Source of the DNA: Thermoplasmatota archaeon
GTDB lineage: Archaea > Thermoplasmatota > E2 > UBA202 > DSCA01
Direction: 5' to 3'
Assembly: GCA_034660695.1 (NCBI GenBank)
Contig: JAYEJS010000128.1
Coordinates: 1 to 20,000 of the forward strand
DNA: 20,000 bases
This document shows, one piece after another, positions 1-11,831 of the stretch (its first letter is position 1; every line of letters begins with the position of its first letter). Made by a program: the position numbers and the translations under genes. The notes beneath the pieces were generated by a model. That model worked only from the letters and a program-made list of their open reading frames with translations, was not told where the DNA came from and searched no databases.

Positions 1-79
1 CAATTTTTTTCTTCGAGGGACCTTTTCTGGCAGTCTTTGCTTTGCCCGTTTTGGTTTCCCCCTTCTTAGTTGCGCCCAT
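1..79 (-). CDS. N-terminal fragment of a small Lys/Ala-rich basic protein, truncated by the window edge; possibly a ribosomal protein
   Basis: Minus-strand ATG at 79-77 reads MGATKKGETKTGKAKTARKGPSKKKI, open to the window edge. Confidence 0.35.
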   Translation of the reverse strand, partial: MGATKKGETKTGKAKTARKGPSKKKI

Positions 80-303
80 AATAAAGAATTGTATAAAAAT
101 TGTTCTATATAAAAATTACTGATGGCAATCACAATGCGTGGTCTTGAGAAACCACAATACAGGAAAGGAAATGAATGAGAACATGAGGACATATTACAAT
201 TTCATAAGGGGGCATAGTGCATTGAACGGAAAAACACCGTCAGAGATGGCAGGGATTGGCTTAAATCTTGGAAGGAATAGATGGTTTGGATTGATTGAGC
301 GAG

Positions 304-699
304 CTATCTAACTGGTATGATGGATATTTTAGTACAGTTTCCAATCAATACTATATATAATCCCTGCCATTTGAAAAATCCATTGAAACCATAAATTTCC
401 GCTCTCGAACCCGCCCATCCACCAAAAAGATTAAACTCTTGTATTCCATTTTCATCTTCTACAATGAAAATTCCCGGAAGGAACGGGTATCTATAACTCA
501 AATCGATTTTTTCTTCATCAAAATCTCTCACATAATATACATTAGAGATTATGAAAAGTGCGGCATTGTAATATGTTCTGTCGCCATAATTTGTCTGTGG
601 TAGTATTGATACCTTTTTATCATTACTATCAGCGATTGATACCATCGCTGTGCTTAAAAGGATGCCAATGATGCAGGCAACCAGTATGTTTTTTCTCAT
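304..699 (-). CDS. Hypothetical secreted protein
   Basis: ORF 304..756; internal start MRKNILVACIIGILLSTAMVSIADS looks like a signal peptide. No recognised family. Confidence 0.5.
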   Translation of the reverse strand: MRKNILVACIIGILLSTAMVSIADSNDKKVSILPQTNYGDRTYYNAALFIISNVYYVRDFDEEKIDLSYRYPFLPGIFIVEDENGIQEFNLFGGWAGSRAEIYGFNGFFKWQGLYIVLIGNCTKISIIPVR

Positions 700-895
700 A
701 CTCCTTCTTCCGATATTACTTAATTTCTGCATTAAAAGAAATAAATAAAAATTCATTTATAAAACTATTCATCACATTACATAATCACCTACGACTCGAA
801 TGTAATACCCAACTAAAAATCATGGAAAAGCCCCGTATTTGACAGCCACCATTCATGCCTCGAATTTATTGACAGAACTGCCTTGTCCTCACCAC

Positions 896-910
896 AATTT
901 TTATAAATAC
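896..910 (+). promoter_or_regulatory. Probable rRNA operon promoter (TATA box)
   Basis: ATTTTTATAAATACT upstream of the 16S processing stem, typical archaeal TATA box. Confidence 0.55.
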
Positions 911-1059
911 TGGTTGTATTATCATAATTGTAGGCCCAAGTTCATTCGGTTGCCCTCTGAGCTTTTGCTATGAAGGGAGTTTTGTCCATCTTGGGCTAAA
1001 TGACATGGAGATTTGAGAACTCCGCATAGAGCGTGCTCTCTCAAATCTGACACACGCAT

Positions 1060-1083
1060 TGGCACAATGGTGATGTTTGGTCG
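1060..1083 (+). other. 5' strand of 16S precursor processing stem
   Basis: TGGCACAATGGTGATGTTTGGTCG pairs with CGACCAAACGCCAAATTTGTGCCA (2641-2664): 9 bp GTTTGGTCG/CGACCAAAC plus outer TGGCACAA/TTGTGCCA. Confidence 0.75.
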
Positions 1084-1112
1084 GTTAATATACGTGACCA
1101 TTTCCTAGCACA

Positions 1113-2630
<1,518 letters not shown>

Positions 2631-2674
2631 CGTTTATTTTCGACCAAACGCCAAATTTGTGCCAGTGCAAAGAT

Positions 2675-2767
2675 GGGCCGGTAGATCAGTGGAAGATCGC
2701 CTGCTTTGCAAGCAGGAGGCCATGGGTTCAAATGCTGGGCATCCGGCAGAATATCCCATCCGGTCCA
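2675..2767 (+). tRNA. tRNA-Ala (anticodon TGC), with an intron-like T-loop insertion
   Basis: Acceptor GGGCCGG/CCGGTCC, anticodon arm CCTGC-TTTGCAA-GCAGG, T-stem ATGGG/CCCAT interrupted by 21 nt. Lies in the 16S-23S spacer, a common euryarchaeal arrangement. Confidence 0.93.
2733..2753 (+). other. Putative intron in tRNA-Ala, nominal position 59/60
   Basis: ATGGGTTCAAA^TGCTGGGCATCCGGCAGAATA^TCCCAT; inner helix GCTGG/CCGGC, TTC/GAA central pairs, 3-nt bulges AAT and TAT. Removal gives a 7-nt T-loop TTCAAAT. Confidence 0.8.
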
Positions 2768-2845
2768 TTCCACGCCAGTTGGTCTGTACAGTATCAATTG
2801 GTATGGACTGAGAAATGGCATGAGCTGCCGTTTCCGTGAAGTCAT

Positions 2846-2859
2846 GCATATGCAACCTG
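2846..2859 (+). other. 5' strand of 23S precursor processing stem
   Basis: GCATATGCAACCTG pairs with CAGGTTGCGTATGC (5787-5800); inner GAGCTGCA (2871-2878)/TGCAGCTC (5771-5778). Confidence 0.75.
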
Positions 2860-2872
2860 GACGTAAAAAAGA

Positions 2873-5776
<2,904 letters not shown>

Positions 5777-5805
5777 TCTCGTTAAACAGGTTGCGTATGC
5801 TTTAT

Positions 5806-6030
5806 GGGCTTGATGGTCATAGCAGCAGGGAAACACCCGGTCTCATCCCGAACCCGGAAGTTAAGCCTGCTACGTGCTATTGAGTACTATGGTGCGCGAG
5901 CCCATGGGAGAGATACCCTGAAAAGGGCCCGGGTCTATGGCTTAGGCGGAGAGCCCTGTTGTCCTTCGGGACTTCGGTGTAAACTCTGCTGTTTGAAGGC
6001 TATAGATCCTCGGTTTGCTATCAAGCCCTT
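5806..6030 (+). rRNA. 5S ribosomal RNA with a ~93-nt internal insertion
   Basis: Core TCATAGCAGCAGGGAAACACCCGGTCTCATCCCGAACCCGGAAGTTAAGCC...GAGTACTATGGTGCGCGAGCCCATGGGA. Helix I 5' strand GGGCTTGATGGT pairs over 12 bp only with GCTATCAAGCCC at 6017-6028. Confidence 0.8.
5911..6003 (+). other. Structured insertion within 5S rRNA
   Basis: Lies between ...CCCATGGGAG and AGATCCTCGG...; contains CCCU-GAAA-AGGG and GUCC-UUCG-GGAC hairpins; AGAT occurs at both edges so the boundary can slide. Confidence 0.65.
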
Positions 6031-6048
6031 CTTTTCATTTTTTGATTA
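6029..6048 (+). terminator. T-rich terminator of the rRNA operon
   Basis: TTCTTTTCATTTTTTGATTA immediately after the 5S 3' strand; the same tract follows all three downstream 5S-tail copies. Confidence 0.5.
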
Positions 6049-6132
6049 TTTTACACTTATATTTCTATGTCAACAATTTTGTTCATCAAAAACAGTATAA
6101 AGACGGATTGCATTATATTATTGGCGGAAAAA

Positions 6133-6777
6133 ATGAAAGGAAAAACAGCAATAGCATTGCTGATGGCTGGACTGTTCATCCTGCCAATTACAATGGGGCT
6201 ATTAGTAAACGCGATGCATTGGCCAGGTGAACCAAACGAATTGCAACCGCCATACCACTATCCAAAAAATATAGGGGATATCATCGCCGCTGAATGCCAC
6301 TGGCAAAAGAAAATAGGTCAAAACCGATGGGACCATGCTCTTATATACGTTGGAGAACTTGGAGATGATGATTGTGTAGAAGCCGATCCCCACATGGAAT
6401 ATGGATTCCCACAATATCTGTGGAAAGGCAAAGTTGAATACACGAGTATAAATAAGACACGCGACGATTATAGATGGGGGCATGCCCAAGCAGAAGTGGA
6501 CACAAGTCAGTCTATCAGGGATCATGCTGTAGAATTTGCAAAGGATAGAGCAGATCAGGAGAGGAAATTTGATTTCAGCTCCTCTGGTAATAGCAAACAA
6601 ATAGACGGTCCAACTTGGCTTCCAGCAGGCAAGTACTATTGCACCGAGATAGTATGGGCAGGCTATGCAGATGGAGGGAAAGACCTAGATCCAGGTTTGT
6701 ACAATCCCGTTTGGGTGGAGGAACTCATCTACCACAGCGATGTTGATATATACTGGCAGTGGGGTGGTCCTGACTAG
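6133..6777 (+). CDS. Secreted permuted papain-fold / YiiX-like (NlpC/P60 superfamily) candidate
   Basis: Signal-like MKGKTAIALLMAGLFILPITMG; motifs WDHALIYVG...CVEADP and YYCTEIVWAGY...LDPG. Start taken at 6133, not 6067, because upstream codons are in the duplicated leader. Confidence 0.6.
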   Translation: MKGKTAIALLMAGLFILPITMGLLVNAMHWPGEPNELQPPYHYPKNIGDIIAAECHWQKKIGQNRWDHALIYVGELGDDDCVEADPHMEYGFPQYLWKGKVEYTSINKTRDDYRWGHAQAEVDTSQSIRDHAVEFAKDRADQERKFDFSSSGNSKQIDGPTWLPAGKYYCTEIVWAGYADGGKDLDPGLYNPVWVEELIYHSDVDIYWQWGGPD

Positions 6778-6844
6778 TCATGCAGCAAGCTTTCAAGGTA
6801 GCTCTGCCCTCTTTCTTTTATTTTTTCTAAACAGCAAAAACTAA

Positions 6845-8401
6845 ATGACAAAAAGGGGTAGAATGAAAAGAGAAATGATAAAGAAAGTTGTTATCATCCC
6901 AATAATTCTTATTCCTATACTAGTAATGGTTTCTTCATCGATGAATTTACAGGAGGGAAAAGAAAATGTTAACGAAGAATGGAACAAAACATTTGGAGGA
7001 AACTATAACGATAAAGCAGAATGGGTTGTACAAACAAATGATGGGGGGTATATTATTGCCGGATACACTGGTTCTTATGGAGCTGGAGACCTTGATTCGT
7101 GGATCATAAAGACTGATCCAAATGGAAATGAAATATGGAATAAATCATTTGGAGGAAAAAAAGAAGATGTTGCATACTGCGTTAGAGAGGTGAATGACGG
7201 AGGATATGTAGTTACAGGATACTCCCGTTCTTTTGGAAATGGAAGGGAAGATGTCTGGCTAATAAAAACAGATGAAAATGGAAATGAGGAATGGAATAAA
7301 ACATTTGGAGGAAAAGAAGGAGAATATGCATTATCTGTGATACAAGCAAAAGATGGTGGATATGTTATTGTAGGGAATACTGAATCTTATGGAGCTGGAG
7401 ATAAAGATATATGGCTAATAAAAACAGATGAAAATGGAAATGAGGAATGGAATAAAACATTTGGAGGAAGAGCTACAGAATTTGGAAATTACGTTATACA
7501 AACAAGAGATGGAAGATACGTTGTTGGAGGAGAAACTGAATCTTATGGTCATGGGAAATTAGATATATGGCTAATAAAAACAGATGAAAATGGAAATGAG
7601 GAATGGAATAAAACATTTGGAGGAAGTAGTATGGACAGAGGAGAGGACGTTATCCAAACAAAAGATGGTGGCTATGCGATTACTGGAGAATCAAGACCTC
7701 ATATAACGGTATGGGATGATGTCTTTCTCATAAAAACCAGTGAAAATGGAAATATGGAATGGATTAAGTCATTTGAAGGAATACATCAGGATCTCGGATA
7801 TTCCATCATCCAGACAAACGATGGATACCTAATTGGAGGAACGACACATTCTTATGGTGCTTCAGCTTTAGCAAATTTCAAGGCTTGGTTGATAAAAACA
7901 GATAAAGGTGGAAACGAGCAATGGAACAAAACATTTGGTAAAAGAGGAAGGGAATCAGCAGATTGTATCATACAAGCTAGCGATGGTAGCTACATATTTG
8001 TTGGAGGTACTGATAGTTATGGTGCTGGAAAGGAAGATGCATGGTTAGTAAAATGCCAGGATTATCCTCCTCCAAAAATAAAAATTGTGAAGCCAAGAAA
8101 AGGATGGCTTTACATATTTGATAGAAAAATAATTCCAATTGGAAAAACGATAATTTTAGGAGGAATTACAGTAAAAGTTGAGGGTTACGATTCTGAAGAA
8201 AAGATAAATAGAGTTGAATTTTATCTAGATACTCCAGAGGCTTATGAAAGAGAACCTAGAGCAATTATTTACGAACCTCCATATGAATGGAAATGGGATG
8301 AGCCAGCAATTGGCCCTTGCTTAATAACATCTGCAGCTTATTATGGTAATACCGAAGCTCATGCGGCCGATATAATAAATTTATGGATATTCAACATCTA
8401 A
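6845..8401 (+). CDS. Secreted ~52-aa tandem-repeat (probable beta-propeller) protein with C-terminal Ig-like domain
   Basis: About seven repeats of E-W-N-K-T/S-F-G-G...SYGAGDxDxWLIKTDENGNE; C-terminal PRKGWLYIFDRKIIPIGKTIILGGITVKVEGYDSEEKINRVEFYLD. Confidence 0.8.
   Translation: MTKRGRMKREMIKKVVIIPIILIPILVMVSSSMNLQEGKENVNEEWNKTFGGNYNDKAEWVVQTNDGGYIIAGYTGSYGAGDLDSWIIKTDPNGNEIWNKSFGGKKEDVAYCVREVNDGGYVVTGYSRSFGNGREDVWLIKTDENGNEEWNKTFGGKEGEYALSVIQAKDGGYVIVGNTESYGAGDKDIWLIKTDENGNEEWNKTFGGRATEFGNYVIQTRDGRYVVGGETESYGHGKLDIWLIKTDENGNEEWNKTFGGSSMDRGEDVIQTKDGGYAITGESRPHITVWDDVFLIKTSENGNMEWIKSFEGIHQDLGYSIIQTNDGYLIGGTTHSYGASALANFKAWLIKTDKGGNEQWNKTFGKRGRESADCIIQASDGSYIFVGGTDSYGAGKEDAWLVKCQDYPPPKIKIVKPRKGWLYIFDRKIIPIGKTIILGGITVKVEGYDSEEKINRVEFYLDTPEAYEREPRAIIYEPPYEWKWDEPAIGPCLITSAAYYGNTEAHAADIINLWIFNI
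7257..7627 (+). repeat. 156-bp tandem coding repeats
   Basis: ggctaataaaaacagatgaaaatggaaatgaggaatggaataaaacatttggagga occurs identically starting at 7257, 7413 and 7569. Confidence 0.85.
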
Positions 8402-8433
8402 TATACCTCTTATTTCTTGGTTTTATATAGGTA

Positions 8434-8666
8434 GAGCCCATGGGAGAGATACCCTGAAAAGGGCCCGGGTCTATGGCTTAGGCGGAGAGCCCTGTTGTCC
8501 TTCGGGACTTCGGTGTAAACTCTGCTGTTTGAAGGCTATAGATCCTTGGTTTGCTATCAAGCCCTTCTTTTCATTTTTTGATTATTTTACACTTATATTT
8601 CTATGTCAACAATTTTGTTCATCAAAAACAGTATAAAGACGGATTGCATTATATTATTGGCGGAAA
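8434..8666 (+). repeat. 233-bp direct repeat, copy 2: truncated 5S tail + terminator + leader
   Basis: 232/233 identical to 5898..6130; lacks the first ~92 nt of 5S. Confidence 0.97.
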
Positions 8667-8667
8667 G

Positions 8668-9351
8668 ATGAAAAGAAAATATAAAACAATAGGTGTGTTG
8701 GTGGTGGTAGGGGTATTTGTTATACCGATGATGCCAGTAAAAGCTTGGACTCCTCCGGATGATGCAAGAGACATCGTTGTTACAGAATGCAAAGGAATTA
8801 GAGATCTGCCAGGTGAATTAGATCATACTGCAATATACGCTGGCAGTAACGAGATATTAGAAGCAGATCCACGTTTCGAGAAATGGAAACCATGGGAAAG
8901 ATGGCTTTATCCAACAAATCATAGGCGATTACATCAAAAATCATATTCTGGCAATGAAAACTATGGAAGAGCCGAAAGAGACGAGTTAGATGAATTATTT
9001 AATCCAAAATATTACAGCATACAAATATACCTAAGGGTACCGGATGCATACTCTGTTTTACCAGATATCGTTGATTTTGCACAAGATAAGGCGGATCGCA
9101 AATGGGTAGTAGGAGGAATACCAAATAAATCGAGGCCATTTGATTATATATCTTTTTGGAGTGAATACACAAAACAGGTAGACAACCCCAATGACCCGAA
9201 TTCTCTTGGATTTGGATATTATTGCTCAGAGCTAACATGGGCTGCATATAAATCAAAGGACTTCAACTTAGATCCCAATGGCAATGAAGTCAGACCGCAA
9301 GACATTTATGATAGCGATATAACTGAGGAATATAGAAGATACACAACATAA
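8668..9351 (+). CDS. Second secreted YiiX-like / permuted papain-fold candidate
   Basis: Signal-like MKRKYKTIGVLVVVGVFVIPMMPVKA; LDHTAIYAGSNEILEADP and YYCSELTWAAYKSKDFNLDP match motifs of the 6133..6777 product. Confidence 0.6.
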   Translation: MKRKYKTIGVLVVVGVFVIPMMPVKAWTPPDDARDIVVTECKGIRDLPGELDHTAIYAGSNEILEADPRFEKWKPWERWLYPTNHRRLHQKSYSGNENYGRAERDELDELFNPKYYSIQIYLRVPDAYSVLPDIVDFAQDKADRKWVVGGIPNKSRPFDYISFWSEYTKQVDNPNDPNSLGFGYYCSELTWAAYKSKDFNLDPNGNEVRPQDIYDSDITEEYRRYTT

Positions 9352-9389
9352 ATTAAAATCCTCTTTCTTATTTATTTTTATTTTTAAAA

Positions 9390-10912
9390 ATGAAAAAGAA
9401 AATGAAAAAAATAATAATTTCTCTTTGTATCGGAGTATTTGTAGTACTCATTCCGTCAATATCATTCAATTTAACTAAAGATTTAACTAAAGAGGAAGAC
9501 GAAGAATGGAATAAAATATATGGGGAAAGCTTTGCTGAAGCATATGACATTGAACAAACAAGTGATGGACATTTCATTATTGCAGGGCACACTAAAAATT
9601 GGACTGCATGGCTTCTAAAAATAGATAAACAAGGAAATGAAATATGGAATAAAACATATGGAGAAGGAATATTTTATAGCATTGTTGAGACAGAAAGTGG
9701 ATATACCATAGGCGGATATACTGAATCACGTGGAGCAGGAAAAGGAGACTTTTGGCTTGTTAAAGTGGATAAACAAGGAAATGAAATATGGAATAAAACA
9801 TATGGGGAGGGAAATATGGAATCGGTAAGAAAGGTTATATCAACAAAAGATAGATACCTTATGGTTGGAATAAAAAGGTATCCGCCTAGAGAGGATGGAT
9901 ACAGCGATTCTAATATTTGGCTTGTTAAAGTGGATAAACAAGGAAATGAAATATGGAATAAAACATATGGAGGGAATTGGACAGAAGATGGACAAGACAT
10001 TATAGAAATAGAAGATGGGTATTTAGTCTCAGGAAGAACATATTCATATGAAAAATATGGGGGGTGGGACACTTGGCTAATTAAAATAGATAAACAAGGA
10101 AATGAAATATGGAATAAAACATATGGATGGTGGGATTTCGAAACGGAAGCTTACATAATTGAAATAGAAGATGGTTACATGATTACGGGATCCACTCTTT
10201 CTACTTATGTAGGATTTTGCGTTGGGTATCTAATAAAAGTAAATAAGGCTGGGGAAGAAATATGGAGTAAAAAATATGGATATAAAGCAGAGAAATTTCG
10301 AGATATTTAAAAAATAGAAAATGGATATATTTTAGTAGGGCTTACTGAGGGATATGGTGTAGGAGATTTTGATGCTTGGCTTTTAAAAATAGATGAGGAA
10401 GGAAATGAAATATGGAATAAATCATTTGGAGGAAGAGGAAGAGATCGTGCTTATTCAATAGAAATAAAAAACGATAATTATTTTATTGTTGGAGAAAAAA
10501 TAGAAATGCATGGATTATAAAATGTGCTGATTATCTCCCACCTAAAATAAAAATAGTTAGACCAAAGGAAAATTATCTGTATATTTTTGATAGAGAAATA
10601 ATGCCATTTAACAAAACAATGGCACTCGGGAGCATCACTATAATTGCTGAAGTTTATAATCCTATAAATGGTACAATAAAAAGAGTAGAATTTTATCTTA
10701 CTTTTTCAGGGAGAAAATATGAATACGAGCCAAGAACAGTTTTATATTCTCCTCCATATGAATGGAAATTTGATGTGCAAACGATCTCGTTGTTCAGGCC
10801 AGTGGAAATTACCACTGCTGCCTACTATGAAAATGCAGGAGGAGTAGCAGTAGATAAAAAAGAGGTTTATATTATAAAGTTGGCGGCTTCTGTCTCTACC
10901 TTGCATTCATAA
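9390..10912 (+). pseudogene. Degraded secreted repeat protein, paralogue of 6845..8401
   Basis: 9390..10310 ends in in-frame TAA, after which the same frame continues KIENGYILVGLTEGYGVGDFDAWLLKIDEEGNEIWNKSFGG; a shift near 10520 is needed to reach KCADYLPPKIKIVRPKENYLYIFDREIMPFNKTMALGSITIIAEVYNP. Confidence 0.8.
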
Positions 10913-10948
10913 GGTTTGCTATCAAGCCCTTCTTTTCATTTTTTGATT
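10913..10948 (+). repeat. 5S-tail/terminator remnant, copy 3 (36 bp)
   Basis: GGTTTGCTATCAAGCCCTTCTTTTCATTTTTTGATT identical to 6012..6047. Confidence 0.93.
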
Positions 10949-11004
10949 TATTAGCTCGAAAATGATATAGAAAGCAATAAAAACCGTCGGGCATTTATTC
11001 TAAT

Positions 11005-11193
11005 ATGAGTATTGAAGTTGAAATAAAGGACATGAAACAGCGTTTAGCTGAAATTTCAGATAAGCTGGATGAACTACTGCAGGAAAAGGAAACCATTTCA
11101 ATTATGAAACTGTCAGAAAAATCTTTATCTAAATTCTTTAATAACGAACCAGACATTTACAAAATAGAAGATTTAAAGGTAAGATACAAATGA
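11005..11193 (+). CDS. Putative antitoxin partner
   Basis: 62-aa ORF MSIEVEIKDMKQRLAEISDKLDELLQEKE..., overlaps the downstream toxin-like ORF by 4 nt. Confidence 0.55.
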   Translation: MSIEVEIKDMKQRLAEISDKLDELLQEKETISIMKLSEKSLSKFFNNEPDIYKIEDLKVRYK

Positions 11194-11519
11194 AAGGAAA
11201 ATTTGTTTTGATTCCATTTCCATTCACTGATTTAGCTATCGCAAAATTAAGACCGGCACTGGTAATCCACGAAGAAAAGAAAGATGTCATTGTTGCATTT
11301 ATATCCTCAAGAATTCCATCGGAGATATCCATTACAGATGTGGTTATAACCGCTGAACATCATGCCTTCAAAAGAACTGGTTTAAAGGTTGATTCTGTTA
11401 TAAAACTTGACAAAGTTGCAACCGTGTTAAAAGATTTAATTGTTGGTGAGCTAGGAGAGGTGGATGAAACTTTGCGAAAAGAAATAAATGAGAAATTGAG
11501 AAAGATATTCACAATTTGA
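11190..11519 (+). CDS. PemK/MazF-family toxin-like protein
   Basis: MKGKFVLIPFPFTDLAIAKLRPALVIHEEKKDVIVAFISSRI...DSVIKLDKVATVLKDLIVGELGEV matches the PFPFTD...K.RPALV and D.iK.dki.tv features of the family. Confidence 0.85.
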   Translation: MKGKFVLIPFPFTDLAIAKLRPALVIHEEKKDVIVAFISSRIPSEISITDVVITAEHHAFKRTGLKVDSVIKLDKVATVLKDLIVGELGEVDETLRKEINEKLRKIFTI

Positions 11520-11546
11520 AGTCATTTTTTCAACTCAAAAGTAATA

Positions 11547-11572
11547 TGCTATCAAGCCCTTCTTTTCATTTT
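11547..11572 (+). repeat. 5S-tail/terminator remnant, copy 4 (26 bp)
   Basis: TGCTATCAAGCCCTTCTTTTCATTTT identical to the segment beginning at 6016. Confidence 0.9.
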
Positions 11573-11674
11573 ATGTTTTTCGTATTTTTATTGTCCTATT
11601 TTTGTTGTTCTCCCAGAACAATTTTGTCGGTAGAAATCAATATACCCCCCCGCATTACATTATTGGTGAGAAAA

Positions 11675-11830
11675 ATGAAAACGGAGCAGGGCGGAAATTT
11701 AGAAAAGGAACCTAACCCTGCGGGTCAAAAAGGAGGGAAAATGCCGAAAATAAGAAGAGCATGCCCGAAAGGTGGAATTCCGACTGAGGCGCTATATAAA
11801 TATCGGAAAAACAAAAAGGGGGAAAGATAA
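11675..11830 (+). CDS. 51-aa basic companion protein of the putative RiPP cluster
   Basis: MKTEQGGNLEKEPNPAGQKGGKMPKIRRACPKGGIPTEALYKYRKNKKGER; GGTGAG upstream of ATG; stop codon 1 nt before the precursor ATG. Confidence 0.55.
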   Translation: MKTEQGGNLEKEPNPAGQKGGKMPKIRRACPKGGIPTEALYKYRKNKKGER

Positions 11831-11831
11831 A

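Larger units (their letters stand above)
5898..6130 (+). repeat. 233-bp direct repeat, copy 1: 5S 3' end + insertion + terminator + leader of next gene
   Basis: Matches 8434..8666 with one difference (C6011 versus T8547). Confidence 0.97.

Noticed and set aside
5806-5947. 5S rRNA ending near 5947 (about 142 nt)
   Set aside because: This was my first reading; the closure GCTTGA/TTAGGC is weak (two G-U pairs) compared with the 12-bp helix to 6017-6028, and no terminator follows 5947.
5898-6130. Interpretation of the 233-bp repeat as an insertion-sequence end or LTR
   Set aside because: No transposase, terminal inverted repeats or clear target duplication; its content is explained by the 5S tail plus adjacent leader.
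5804-6230. ORFs 5804..6100 and 6015..6230, the N-terminal extension 8551..8667, and the start of 11516..11830, which share MLSSPSFHF
   Set aside because: The shared peptide is merely translation of the duplicated 5S tail/terminator; real starts are more likely 6133, 8668 and 11675.
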